DNA of 64,000 nucleotides from the human T2T-CHM13v2.0 reference genome, Homo sapiens (GCF_009914755.1 NC_060947.1); one strand, 5' to 3'. Positions 1 to 19,219 are shown, counted from the first letter of the stretch. Numbers and translations are program-made. Notes: generated from the letters alone by a model not told the origin.

Positions 1-865
<865 letters not shown>

Positions 866-1169
866 AAGTGGGGACACTTTTGAGAGGACCTAGGCAGATG
901 GAGGTCTCAAAGTCCCCATAATTTAATCAAGCAAAGGAAATGTCATTGTCTGGAATTATTGGTTGTGTTCCCTTGGTTTTTTTTGGAATTTTTTTTTACA
1001 TTTTCCAAATGGCCATAGATTAATCATCAATTATAAGAATTAGGGGGAATCTTAATATATATTTAGCCTAGCATTTCCCATATTATGTGTTAAAAACCCT
1101 TAGGTAGGTTGCTGTCACAGGAATCTGTATGCACCAGGGTCATTTGTAGTCACGATAAATAACATAACT

Positions 1170-1826
<657 letters not shown>

Positions 1827-2489
1827 GAAGTATTATGCTTTTCAAACCATGCAGATGATGTAATTATTAAATATATTAATTTTATAGTCTTAGTATTTTT
1901 AAGTAGGTATTCAACTCACAGATACATTAAGCATACATTATCATAGCTGTAAAACTCTTTGATAATAATAAGGGTTCTTCATAATTGAATATAATGAGAA
2001 CCACTTATCTAGTTCAACTCCTTTATTGTGCAAATGAAGTTGCAAGGGATAGACTGCATTCACTTGTCCAGTGTCTCAAATTTTACCAAGGGCAATGGAG
2101 CCAACAGCTAGCACGTCGGCCTGTATTTTCTTGAATTTCCTAATTCTTTGTTTTCTTTCCCAAATTTGGCAATGCAGTCTGCACAACCAAGGTTGATGCA
2201 AAATAACTTTCTTGTACTAGTGCCTCCTGCAGGTCTGCAAAGCAGCAGTAGCAAAGTGGCCCATGTCTCAAGGCCCATGTCTGGGACCCAGGAGGCTTAA
2301 ATGCCAGGATGAGGCAAGCCAGTGACCAAACAGGCTGAGTGGGTCAGTCTGAAGGAAAGTCACAGGGCAGGGCAAAGTGGTCAGGTTCTTTGTCCAACAT
2401 AGGGTGTGGCAACATCAGATGCTGGGCTAAGGGGTGAAGACATAAGAAACCTCTGAAGCCAAAATTTCCAATAGTATATGGCCTCCTAA

Positions 2490-2600
2490 AGGTTTTTGCC
2501 AGTCTTGTTCACTACTGTATCCCTTCTACCTAACATAGTGCCTGGAACTGGAACATAGCTACATCTTAATAAATATTTACTGAACAAATGAATAAACTAA
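2490..2600 (+). mobile_element. L2 3' terminal fragment
   Basis: cttgttcactactgtatccc...aacatagtgcctgg...aataaatatttactgaacaaatgaat. Confidence 0.6.
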
Positions 2601-2899
2601 AAATATGAATTGACCTCCTCCAGTTCTAGAAGGAACTGCTGAAAAAGCTACCTAAAGCAGCAAGCCTTGAAGATTCACCTGTCTGATTCTAAATGGGCAG
2701 TATATGATCTTTAATTATGTTCCCTCAATATCCAAAATATCAGGCAAGGCACGCTTCAAGGAAAAAGGGGTACACCTTAGGGGAGATATATCTTAATGAT
2801 ATAGCTTAGGGGAGAAGATAGATTCCACCTTATGCTAAAATAAAGAAAACCAAGTCAGAAGCTCACAGACATAAAATAGGCTTTTAAAGCTCATCATCT

Positions 2900-3250
<351 letters not shown>

Positions 3251-3899
3251 CTACACCCACAGGAATGGCCTTTTATAAAGATTTGATTTTGTTTTCCTTT
3301 TAAGTTTTCTTTAATGCTGTTTTCAATCTGGTTCCTTTTGTATAAATTGGGAGAGGGAGATCAGTAATATATGATAGGTAGATAGTGCTGTGATTCTTCC
3401 TAGGCTTCACAAACTCCAGAAATGAACCTTGAGCCTCGTATACCTTTGGGAAGTCCTAACTGTTCTTACACATTTATCTTTATCCATAATGGGGTTGGAG
3501 ACCTTGAGATGTTAAAACAATTACGTCAACTCTCCATTTCCCTTTGCTTGTTTAGACACAGATTTAGTGGCCACTTCAAAATGGGAGTTTTCTGATCTCT
3601 TCTACCTGCCTGGCTGCCATTTCGTGACATCTTTTAATGCAAATTTTCATGTCATTAATCCTCCCTCTTTAATTCTGTTAGGAGTCACTGTCCTTTAATG
3701 TCATCCATTGAATTTTTCGAGTGAACACTTTTTTCTCATCTTGCAAACATCTCCTAATTAATGATTACCACCGCCTTCTCATTAATGCTCAATACATGAG
3801 GTAATTAATGATCACTCATGCACCAGATGAGATTTTCAGGTACAGCTTACTCCAATAGTGCTGTAGCTTTTGTGACCTCAGTTAAAATTTCATTTCTAT

Positions 3900-5150
3900 G
3901 TCCTTTCTATAAAGAAAGGGATGTCACAACCTCATTTTCTAAACTTCTCCCAAGCAACAGACTCCTTCCCTCGGCCAAACATGTTCAAGTCTTATACATA
4001 TATATTTTTTTAAGTCAAAAAACAAAAAAGGTACCACACTCTCAATTTTCTATCTCCCTCTAGCTATTATCCCCTTTCTTCACCTCTTTATAGATTAGCA
4101 TCTTCAATGAGTAATCTACATTCATTGGCTCTACTTTTCCTATCTTGACTCAGTATAATCTAGCTACTGAAATATTCTTGCTATTGAAATTATCTCACTA
4201 AACTCAGCAATTACCTCTAAATGCAAAATCTTTGATTTCTGTGTGCCATTGACTATTTATATTTCCACTGACTACCAAGTGTTTGTAATTCTTCTAGTAA
4301 TGTTTGTAACATCATGTTTTTCTTGGATCTCATCACATTTGTAATATCGTTTCTCTTCATTCTCCTTCACTGGCTCATTTTATCTCATCTGTCACTTAAA
4401 TATTGATATATTCTAGGTTTATTCTTTGGTGCTTTTTCTTAAAATCATCCTGGGAAATATCTACTCTTCTGCCTTTTGCTAGTCATTTTCCAAGTTGATA
4501 TCTTCTGCCCCATTATGTTTCCTGAGCTCTAGATTCATTATCTGCCTTTCTACTGAAAATTTCCACTTAGATGATGCACAGGTAACTCATAGTCAACATT
4601 TCCAAAACTAGACTTATCATCTACCATCACCTCAAATATACTCCTCCTCCAGTGCTCCCAGTGAATGGCACCACTGTCTATACAATTGTTTATGTCAGAA
4701 ATGTGGGAGTCATTCTTAATTCCTCCATTATTATCATCCCTTCAACACAAGCAAATCTTATCAACATTCCCTCCTAGTTATCTCTTAAAATGTTATCTTT
4801 CTCTCCGACTCACCACTAATCGTTTGCTACCAACAATATGAAATCCAAAGTCCTTATCACAGCCACCCAATTCTCATTTATTTACCCAACATTTATTGTG
4901 TTTCCAACTCTGTTCTAAATGTGGTACAACATGCTTTGCTTTTCATGTTTCAGCCCTTGGCTTCCCCTGTAGTGTCATTTTATCACTTTTGACAATATCT
5001 AACCTTCTTGCCACTTTCTATGCCTGAATCATAACAATTTAATTACATTTCACTAAATACATACTGCTCTCTTGCTTTTCTCCATATCTTTACAGAGACT
5101 GTTTGCTGTAACTGAGTATTTTCAAATATTCAATGAAAGTAATTTTACAG
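3900..5150 (+). mobile_element. L2 (L2a-like) degenerate body
   Basis: L2-like tracts: tttcctgagctctagattcattatctgcc...ttccacttagatg...tcaacatttccaaaactagactt; ccagtgaatggcaccac. Confidence 0.6.
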
Positions 5151-5699
5151 TAAGTGACTCTATACTACTTGTGGCCACACCAGGGTATCCAGATATATTA
5201 TTTGATTTTCTTCCTGAGCACAGTTCATCTGTATTTTTATCAGTCTGGCCCATCACCACTTACAGCTACAAGAAAATGACTAAATTAGTCAGATGTGTTT
5301 TTGTTGGGGTAGGGAATGGTGGAATAGATAGGCTTGAGGTGAGGAAGGGAACCAAGGGCAACATGTCTGCCCAGGAGGTCGTCCAGCCCAGCTAAAAAAA
5401 AAAAAAAAAAAACTAGACTAAATTGGGCTTGAGTTACTTAAACATTTTTGTAGTACACTTACTCAATACTTTAATCCAAATAAATTATTCTATGGTAAAG
5501 AATCCAAATCCAGAGTTAGGTCAGCAAGAGAAAGATTTTGAGGCTCAAAATTTTTAACCTTCATTACAACATGAGTTGGGCCCCTTGTCTTTATGAGTTG
5601 TGTTCTACCAATGAATCTGAGAGGGAGAAAAGCAAGGGATTCAAATGCCTCTTTGTAGGTACTTTTCATGTGTTTCTTTAAGCTCCTCATTACCTAACA

Positions 5700-6120
5700 C
5701 TTTCTCAAGTTCATCCCCTTTACTACAACTCAGCTTGTTTCTTCAACATATCCTTCAATGAGTCTTCCCCACCTGCTGCAACTGCTGTCTTTACAGAGAT
5801 TACTTTTCAATCTAATTTTCCAGCCTAATACTCCCCTCTGACCATTCCTGACTCTCTTATTTTGCTCCACACTCACTTAGGACATCTCCCCAGGATTTGA
5901 AACTCAGCATGGAAATAAAACATACCATTTTTTTTCCTCTCTGCAGGAAAACTAGACACAGTCCCAAGTGTAAGACATGCAATCTGATTTTTGGTTCTTT
6001 TCTCTAACATATCACAGGTATTCGAATTATCATCAAATCAGTATCTCTTAAACCACTGTTTCTGCTACTCATAATTTATAAAAACTGCATTGCTGGTGGA
6101 CAATTGCCCTAAAATCCAGT
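5700..6120 (+). mobile_element. L2-like degenerate fragment
   Basis: tctaattttccagcc...ggacatctccccagg...aaactcagcatg. Confidence 0.4.
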
Positions 6121-6164
6121 TTCTAAAACACTATCTCTCTATTTCATAACAGTGACAACAAACA

Positions 6165-6400
6165 GATATATAGGACGTACTATGTACCAGGCACTGCTTT
6201 AAATCATATATGCAATCTCATCTAATCCTCTAATGAGATTTACCTATAAGTCAAGCACTCCTATCACCCAAACTTTACTTATAGAGAAACAGGCACACAC
6301 AAAAAAGCAACTTACCCTAAGTCATGTAGCTAGTAAATGTCAGAGGTGTGATTTTAACCCAGGTTACCTGGCTTTCAAGTTCATGCCCTTAACCACTTTT
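6165..6400 (-). mobile_element. MIR
   Basis: tactatgtaccaggcactgc...ctcatctaatcctc...gagaaacaggcac...gtcatgtagctagtaaatgtcagagg...aacccagg. Confidence 0.8.
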
Positions 6401-6527
6401 TGTACTTGTACCCTTTGGACTATAAGGCCAAAGATAAAATTTATCTGCCATTCCATCCTCTCCTCAGCAAACTTCAGCTGCTATAATTAAAGAGATCTTA
6501 TAATATCCTAGTCTAGACCCCATATTT

Positions 6528-6687
6528 GAGCTATCCTATGTAGCAGCCACTCAGCCACTTGTGGCTACTGAGCTCTTAAAATATGGGTAGGGTAACTGAG
6601 CAACCAAATCTATAACATTATTTAATTTTAATTAATTTTAATTTTAGTAGCCAGATATGGCAGTGACTATTATATTGTACAGTGCAG
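6528..6687. mobile_element. MER3 (hAT-Charlie MITE), partial
   Basis: gcagccactcagccacttgtggctactgagc...ttatttaattttaattaattttaa...gtagccagatatggc...tattgtacagtgcag matches recalled MER3. Confidence 0.75.
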
Positions 6688-7289
6688 TATATTGGCAGTG
6701 TCTTTTCTGTATGATCAGAAAATGGATTTTGAGTGAACATCTATCTACTTGCCACTAAGAAGAACAACAAATACATAAGAGCATGACCTTTACTTCCTAA
6801 TAGGACATAGTCAGAAATATAAGACATAGGGAAAGTAAATAATATTTAAATGTTGCTGTTGAATTGAGGGTGAAACTAGGACAAGGCAGGCCAAGAGAAA
6901 TCAGGGCACTGAGCCAAGCTTCAGATGGTTCATGTTAGGTTTATGGCACATAGATACAAGGTTACAGCCTGAGGGCCAGGAGGCAAGGTCAAGAGACTAT
7001 AGGTTGACCAAGAGGAAAAAGCATATATCATTCTACCAGCTGTGAATTTAAACAAGAAGGAACAGATCAGCTATGATATCTAAGCTGGGACAAGTCAAGG
7101 GCTCAGGTGTAGCATAGTGTGAGTGTATATGGAGTGATTAGTTCAAACTGGGCACAAGGCAACAAAAAATAAAGTAAAACAGGAAGATGGATACTCCCTT
7201 TAAAAGGAGAACAAGGCAAACAAATGGGTCTACCTACAGGTAGACCAGATTAATATCTTTGATCCTAATAATACCAAGTGCCATCTAGT

Positions 7290-7510
7290 GGATATCTACC
7301 ATGAGCCAGACACCATACTAAGCCCTTTATACATATATTATATAATTTATTCTTGTGAGGTAGGTACTATTATTCTCTTCGCTTTATAGATGAGAAAACT
7401 GAATCTCAGTGAGCCTATTACCTTCCAAAAATCACAGTTATTAAGTGGAAGAACCAGGATTTGAATCAAAGTCTGTTCAATTTCAAAGTATATCTAATTT
7501 GCACTACTTT
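7290..7510 (-). mobile_element. MIR
   Basis: gtgaggtaggtactattatt...ttttatagatgagaaaactga...ccaggatttgaa. Confidence 0.8.
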
Positions 7511-8349
7511 CTATCTATAAGACAAGGCAGATATCTTTAGCCCTAAGCAGAGAGAGGGAGAGGTCTTTGCAGGGAATCTGCTAGGCTTAACAGGGAAGAG
7601 TAATTCTCTGTTAAGTTCAAAGGAATCAAAGCCTGAAGGATATGTATATATTGGAATACTGAACGGAAAAGGAGAGTTTTCACTGCATGAGGATTGATAG
7701 TATGAGCAGGGACAGAAATATGTAAGTGTAGGGGCTGTTCTGCTGGCAATAGCCGAATGTGATGGAATGTTATAGTATTAGCTCCAGTTTACTCACATAC
7801 AAGTCACTGAACTGGTTGTTTCCCACAGAACTGGATGATTTATATCTATTATCGATAATCCTCACTTCAATTCCTTATTGGAGCTTGTATGAGCTCCATT
7901 TCACAGATGAAGGACTAAGTACCTGAAGAGGCATGAATTATAATGAGGACCTGTCTGGTTCCAAAGCCATAATCTTTTCTTACTAACTAATGGCTTCCAT
8001 GAAAATCCACATGGAAGGCTTTGATCTCTCCCTACCCATTACATTTTCATTTGAGACTTTCTTCTATTCCTTAGAATCTCTTTTAGATAGGTGCATATTT
8101 CAATAGCCAAGTAAGGCCAGACTATGCAGGGATCTCTTGGCCTCTGAAGAGCATGTTCTCCCGCTAATTTCCATTGGAATCAAGCCAGTGGAAACTCCAG
8201 TGTTTCCGTGTGGTGAAGGAGGTTAGGTGATCCGGTTGAGAACTTACCTAGGAAAACTATCTTGAAGCTGCATCTCCATATAAAGCTGAGCACATTGTTG
8301 TTGCTTTGATTATACATTAAAGGTTTTATTTGTTAATGATTGGTCTATT

Positions 8350-9120
8350 TTTTTAAATTTTGTTTTTATCGAGGTAAAATTTATCCATAGAGAAATGCAC
8401 ATGATTAAGGGTACAATGTAATGACTTTTGACAAATGTGCACATCCCTGTAACCAACACCCAAATTGAGATATATAATATTTCTGTCATCTCAGAAGAAA
8501 GTCCCCCTGGTATTCCTCCTTAGTCAACCCCTCATCACAACCCTTGGCCCAGACAACCACCATTTTGATTGTTTTGTCTATTATTGAGATGTATTTAAAT
8601 GAAGTTATACAGTATGCACTATTTTGTGTCTGATTTCTTTTACTCAAAAATGTATGTATAAAATTGATGTTTGCTGTAGCATGTATCAGAAATTCATTCT
8701 TTTTGCTGAGAACATAGCATAACTTTTTCATTCTCCTGTTGAGGGATATTTGAGTTGTTTCCATCTTGGGGGTATTATAAATAAAGTGGCTTTAAACATT
8801 CTTGCACAAGTATTTTTTGTGCACATATGTTTTCATTTCTCCTGGGAAGATTTAGTAGGAGTCAAATGCTGGGCCACAGGGTAGGTGTATGTTTAATCAG
8901 AAGGAAACACCTAACAGTTTTCCAAAGTAGTTGCAATATTTTATATTTTTGCCAACAAAGTACAAGGATCTCACTTGCTTGACATACTCAAAAATACTTG
9001 GTCTTGTCAGTTTATTTAATTTTAGCCATTCTGGTGGGTGTGTAGTGGTATCTCACTATGGTTTTTATTTGCATTTAACTGACGACTAGTGACAGTGAAC
9101 ATCTTTTTCATGTGCTTAGT
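8350..9120 (-). mobile_element. L1M (MB/MC/ME-type) 3' fragment
   Basis: Antisense old L1 3' end (gaggtaaaattt...gacttttgacaaatg...; ttttagccattctggtgggtgtgtagtggtatctca). Confidence 0.8.
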
Positions 9121-9869
9121 AAGGTTGATCTATTTTTATAGTGGTAGACTACACATTTCTTCCACCAATTAAGCTGAGACACTATTAGCCTGAAGTGCTT
9201 TTGGAATGGGCAGGGCAGAGCTAACAGGAATTATGGGATGGCCTAATGCCCTTCTGTCAAGCAACCTCTTGCCATGGTTACTATGTTTACCCAAGGGAAG
9301 GACTCTATTTGCTGCTACTGTTGCTGCTACAAGTGCCTTTAAAAACTGCCAAATAATGGTCTTTTTTCATAAGCCATTCCTTTCTCAGGACTCAGAATTG
9401 TTCTATTTTTAAATTTCTTAAAAATCTACCTAAAAATTACCATTCCTCCTTCCAAGACTTTAAACTTTAGTTTTCAGTCAAGAAGAAAGGGGAGTAGACA
9501 TTTTAAAATCCACAGTTCAAAATAACATATTTTCATAGCCCACAACACTGGAGATGGTCTTAATACTATATAACCGTATTGTAATTTAAGACTTGCTGAG
9601 TTTGAATAATAGCATCTTCAAAAAATGATTTAAAAATCATGGGAGAAGGAAAGAGCGGCAGACGAAAATATAGAGAAAAATCAAACAGATGAAGACAAAG
9701 CAACACAGTTACCTGAAAAATGCAGAAATGTCTATATTTTGTGTGAAGGAATACAGATCAAGCTAACTTGGTGTGATTTTTGTTCTCTTCCAGCCAAATG
9801 AATTTTGTATAGTGAGCCTGAAGATGACGAAAGGATTAACAATCAGCTGGATACATTTCAGAAGGTTGA

Positions 9870-10540
9870 TTGTTGTAACTTAAAGGGATCAAGGTCATCT
9901 AATACAACTCCCTACAAAGTGCAGGAATCAGCTCATAGAACACATACATGTTTCTATCTTTTAAAGTCTATCGATTATAGTAAGAGCCCCCAAAGCTATA
10001 CAAAATAAATCTGTTGTCTTCTACATGTCAACAGGTTGTAAGTTATATAACAGCTGTTAAGCCCTCTACCCTCAACTGAGCTTTCATACCTTCAGTTCCT
10101 TTAAACATTGCTTATAGAAACTAAAAACTTCTGGTCATCTTTACTTATCACAGCCATTTGTCAATATTCTCCAATGCTCCCTCCCCCTCAAAGAAAACAC
10201 CACCGTGTTATGTAAGTGACTGATCAGCACAGAGAATAGTGGGACTATAACCTTCTAGAAAATATACAATTTACCCTGAGATTACATTACTTTTTTGGTT
10301 GCAACATAGTGTTGACTAGTTTTGCCATTATAGTCAACTAAAACCCTTGTGCTTTTTCAGAAGCAATAATTTAAACCTTGGCTTCCTCACCTGGGCTTTT
10401 TGATGTGGGGGTAGGGAGGAGTTGAGTACAGAACTTTTCATTAGTCCTTATTATACATATTATATTATTTTTATACTTATTACTGTACTTATTATATTAT
10501 CTTGTTAGTTTCAGTCCATTGTTCTAGCCTTCTAAGATTC
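9870..10540 (-). mobile_element. L3/CR1 relic
   Basis: agtgggactataacc...cctgagattacattac...gtgttgact...gtcaactaaaaccc resembles antisense L3. Confidence 0.5.
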
Positions 10541-11869
10541 TGTCATACATGTGAAAATCCTTTATAATTTCATCTTTTATTTTAGTTAAAAAATCTTTCC
10601 ATAATATTTCAGTATACATCTCTGCTTTAGAAACTAGAATCTAAATGATAAAACTGAATAATTTCTTGTTGCCTCAGGCTCTTAAAGGAACACTGTTCTT
10701 AATTATTTACTGCCCAGGACCTTATGAAAATAATTCCAAGAGATATAGTTGCAATTGTATTGAATTGAGGGGGTCCTATGGAGATATTTTTGTTTTACTA
10801 AATACCTGATATGACATCATTTTTACTTATTTTTTCTTCAGGAAGAGACAGGCAACAACAACAAGCCATAATTCAATATAACTAAGAGTCCAAGTTAATT
10901 AACTTTAATGTAATTGGGACTTTACTAGAATATAGCTTAGTTAAGTTACTATTAATGTAACATATTTGAATTTCAACTGGTAATATTATTTACTTACCAA
11001 GAAAAATATGGTTAAAAAGAAGTCCTATCAGAAGCCAATGTCCCCACTAGACACTTGTAAGGAGGGGAGTAGAGTAACATTGCTCTTTGATTAGTCTCAT
11101 CACTCCCTTAACATCAGAACTTTCTGAAAGGGTAATTTTGTACTTTAGTTTACTACAATAAGGCAGATAAGTGAGGATTTACTGAAAAGACGTCTATTAG
11201 GAAAAGATTTAAAATGCTATAATGCAAATGTTCATGGAGATTTGATGTCTCTCACATTACTACTCTAGAGACTGCATTACCAAAAGAGAATTTGTGATGA
11301 ATATGTCAACACTCTATAGCTGCTTTTCATAAAAGCTAAAATATACCCCTGCCCCACACACTTAAATTTTAACTCTTTGTCTGGAACTCTAATTTCTTGA
11401 AACTAATCAGAAATTCTCTCCTAGTTCACAGTTCATATATACTTTATGTGCCCCCCTCCTTTACTCTTACCTTAATCCAAACTTTTGGTTTGAGTAAAGG
11501 TCCAGTAATTACATGTACTCAACCAATGAGGTTTAAATCCAGCAAAAACAAACAAACAAACAACAACAACAAAAACCCGCTCTCTGATGAATACTAATGA
11601 AGCAAAAATTTCACTGCAAAAATTTAACTCTTTAATCAGAAATAACCAAAGACCTAGGTAGGAAAAGTTCATTCAAAGCAAATCCTGACTTAGCTTAAAT
11701 ATATTGCTCTCCTCAAACTTTACTCATTGTTTGTAATACTTGTCATATATCAAAATAGTTTTTAAAATAATTGAGCCTTTTTTTTTGCCCAATGTGTTTG
11801 GAAAGCTCCAGTGGTCACACCCCACTCTCAATGGTCAGAACCTAAATATTTCAATGTGGCTACATACTG

Positions 11870-12030
11870 TGATATGTTAGAAGCATGGGGTTCTGAGTCA
11901 AATCTGATTTCCAATCCTGTATCAGCCTCAGTTATCTCATTGTTAATATTGAGATAATACACATCTCACAAGATCGTTCAAAGGATAATTTCTACAAAGT
12001 GTATGGTATACAGTAGGGACTCAATAAAGA
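11870..12030 (+). mobile_element. MIR
   Basis: gttagaagcatggggttctgagtca...ccaatcctg...gcctcagttatctcat. Confidence 0.65.
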
Positions 12031-13020
12031 CCAGTTTCTTTACCTCTTGCCCCTAGTCTTCTCCTTGTGCCAATGTTAAATAATAAATAATAATACCATA
12101 CGGAGGAAATTCAAGAATAAGATTCACTTTGCACCACTACTGTGAACTGAACATTTGTTGTAAGTGAAGTAATCTGTCATCATCAAAATTATCAAAGTCC
12201 ACATCAGATAATAATAATATTTGAAGTTCAGTACAGACTGCATTATGTAAGAGAAACTCAAGTGCATCTAGCTTCCTCATTTAACCAGGGTTTATGCGTT
12301 CATGAAATACTTTTAAAAATAGCAATATAAAGCCCCAATTCATGGATTTACTCATTGCAGTTCTTTGCTGTATATATGTGACAATTTGATATATGTGTAT
12401 GTAACTGTGATATATGTGTCTCTGTGTGTGTTTTTCTAATATATGCTTATGTTTTCTGGTTTTCCTTTTTCTTAAATCAAGCTAGAAACTTTTCAAGATC
12501 AAGTATTATATTGCTATTACAGTAAGACTCACGTCATGAGTAACATGTATATCTTCCCCATTAGACAGAGCTTTCCTGGCAAACCAAGACAAAGTTTTCT
12601 CCAATCCAGCTCCAAGTCTTACCCACAAATGTTGCTGACTGTCAATTCCTTATTGATTAATTATGTGAGCATAGAGCAGAGCCTGGAGTTTACTAATAGA
12701 TGCTAAGAGCAGCTGAATATTTAGCTCACAGAACTGTTTCACACAACGTTGGCCCCTAGATTTAGAATATCCATAATAAACCATTCCTGAGGTGCTTAAA
12801 TGGCTAAAGAAACTACAGATGTTGGGGAGGAGCCAAGATGGCAGAATAGGAACAGCCCCGGTCTACAGCTCCCAGCGTGAGCAACACAGAAGACAGGTGA
12901 TTTCTGCATTTCCATCTAAGGTACCGGGTTCATCTCACTAGGGGGTGCCAGACACTGGGTGCAGGACAGTGGGTGCAGTGCACCCTGCACGAGCCGAAGC
13001 AGGGCGAGGCATTGCCTCAC

Positions 13021-13275
13021 TCAGGAAGCGCAAGGGGTCAGGGAGTTCCCTTTCCTGGTCAAGGAAAGGGGTGACAGAGGGCACCTGGATAATTGGGTCA
13101 CTCCCACCCGAATACTGCGCTTTTCCAATGGGCTTAGGAAATGGCGCACCAGGAGATTATATCCCGCACATGGCTCAGAGGGTCCTATGCCCACGGAGTC
13201 TGGCTGATTGCTAGCACAGTAGTCTGAGATCAAACTGCAAGGTGGCTGCGAGGCTGGGGGAGGGGGGCCCGCCAT
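13021..13275 (-). CDS. ORF0: L1 antisense ORF0-like frame (84 aa)
   Basis: ATG at 13275 (minus strand) gives MAGPPPPASQPPCSLISDYCASNQ..., homologous to primate L1 ORF0. No expression evidence. Confidence 0.55.
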   Translation of the reverse strand: MAGPPPPASQPPCSLISDYCASNQPDSVGIGPSEPCAGYNLLVRHFLSPLEKRSIRVGVTQLSRCPLSPLSLTRKGNSLTPCAS

Positions 13276-13858
13276 TGCCCAGTCTCGCTTAGGTAAACAA
13301 AGCAGCCAGGAAGCTCGAACTGGGTGGAGCCCACCACAGCTCAAGGAGGCCTGCCTGCCTCTGTAGGCTCCACCTCTGGGGGCAGGGCACAGACAAACAA
13401 AAAGACAGCAGTAACCTCTGCAGACTTAAACGTCCCTGTCTGACAGCTTTGAAGAGAGCAGTGGTTCTCCCAGCACGCAGCTGGAGATCTCAGAACGGGC
13501 AGACTGCCTCCTCAAGTGGGTCCCTGACCCCTGACCCCCGAGCAGCCTAACTGGGAGGCACCCCCCAGTAGGGGCAGACTGACACCTCACACAGCAGGGT
13601 ACTCCCCTGAGACAAAACTTCCAGAGGAACGATCAGACAGCAGCATTCCCAGTTCACGAAAATCCGCGGTTCTGCAGACACCGCTGCTGATACCCAGGCA
13701 AACAGCGTCTGGAGTGGACCTCTAGCAAACTCCAACAGACCTGCAGCTGAGGGTCCTGTCTGTTAGAAGGAAAACTAACAATCAGAAAGGACATCCACAA
13801 CAAAAGCCCATCTGTTCATCACCATCATCAAAGACCAAGAGTAGATAAAACCACAAAG

Positions 13859-14875
13859 ATGGGGAAAAAACAGAGCAGAAAAACTGGAAACTCTAAAAGG
13901 CAGAGCGCCTCTCCTCCTCCAAAGGAACACAGTACCTCACCAGCAACGGAACAAAGCTGGACGGAGAATGACTTTCACGAGTTGAGAGAAGAAGGCTTCA
14001 GATGATCAAACTACTCCGAGCTACAGGAGGAAATTCAAACCAAAGGCAAAGAAGTTGAAAACTTTGAAAAAAATTTAGACGAATGTATAACTAGAATAAC
14101 CAATACAGAGAAGTGCTTAAAGGAGCTGATGGAGCTGAAAGCCAAGGCTCGAGAACTACATGAAGAATGCAAAAGCCTCAGGAGCCGATGCAATCAACTG
14201 GAAGAAAGGGTATCAGTGATGGAAGATGAACTGAATGAAATGAAGCAAGAAGGGAAGTTTAGAGAAAAAAGAATGAAAAGAAATGAGCAAAGCCTCCAAG
14301 AAATATGGGACTATGTGAAAAGACCAAATCTGCGTCTCATTGGTGTACCTGAAAGTGACGGGGAGAATGGAACCAAGTCGGAAAACACTCTGCAGGATAT
14401 TATCCAGGAGAACTTCCCCAATCTAGCAAGGCAGGCCAACATTCAGATTCAGGAAATACAGAGAACACCACAAAGATACTCCTCGAGAAGAGCAACTCCA
14501 AGACACATAATTGTCAGATTCACCAAAGTTGAAATGAAGGAAAAAATGTTAAGGGCAGCCAGAGAGAAAGGTCGGGTTACCCACAAAGGGAAGCCAGTCA
14601 GACTAACAGCAGATCTCTCGGCAGAAACTCTACAAGCCAGAAGAGAGTGGGGGCCAATATTCAACATTCTTAAAGAAAAGAATTTTCAACCCAGAATTTC
14701 ATATCCAGCCAAACTAAGCTTCATAAGTGAAGGAGAAATAAAATACTTTACAGACAAGCAAATGCTGAGAGATTTTGTCACCACCAGGCCTGCCCTAAAA
14801 GAGCTCCTGAAGGAAGCCATAAACATGGAAAGGAACAACCGATACCAGCTGCTGCAAAATCATGCCAAAATGTAA
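13859..14875 (+). pseudogene. L1 ORF1p (338 codons) with premature TGA at codon 49
   Basis: ATG at 13859 (MGKKQSRK), TGA at 14003-14005. The downstream 248-aa ORF has coiled-coil, RRM and CTD sequence (RPNLRLIG, REKG, ARREW, YPAKLS). Confidence 0.95.
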
Positions 14876-14923
14876 AGACCATCGAGACTAGGAAGAAACT
14901 GCATCAACTAACGAGCAAAATAA

Positions 14924-18762
<3,839 letters not shown>

Positions 18763-18986
18763 ACAATGAGAACACATGGACACAGGAAGGGGAACATCAC
18801 ACTCTGGGGACTGTTGTGGGGTGGGTGGAGTGGGGGAGGGATAGCATTAGGAGATATACCTAATGCTAAATGACGAGTTAATGGGTGCAGCACACCAGCA
18901 TGGTACATGTATACATATGTAACTAACCTGCACATTGTGCACATGTACCCTAAAACTTAAAGTATAATAATAATAATATAAAAAAA

Positions 18987-19219
18987 TAGCATTTTAACTC
19001 CTCGGCACTCCCCTCTCTTCTTATCTGACTTTATTTTTTCTTCATAGCCTTTATCATCACCTGCCACATTATGTATTTTTAAATTTATTATATTTGTCTC
19101 TTCACAGTAGAATATAATTTTTATTTTGTTGTTTTTGCCATATTATCAACATCTGGGACAGTGTCTGGCATTGTGCGTCCAATAAACATTTGTTGGATAA
19201 ATGCAAAAAAAAAAAAAAA
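18987..19219 (+). other. Putative L1 3'-transduced segment (L2 3' end) with second poly(A)
   Basis: Lies between the L1 tail and A15 (19205-19219). AATAAA at 19181-19186. Followed by a copy of the upstream target site. Confidence 0.85.

Noticed and set aside
5394-5412. Poly(A) run as a possible retrocopy or snRNA pseudogene tail
   Set aside because: No recognisable upstream RNA body, poly(A) signal or TSD
9779-10900. Acceptor-like sites (tttgttctcttccag at ~9793; ttttttcttcag at ~10841) as possible exons
   Set aside because: No convincing donor or coding frame; such motifs are common by chance and cannot be supported without transcript data
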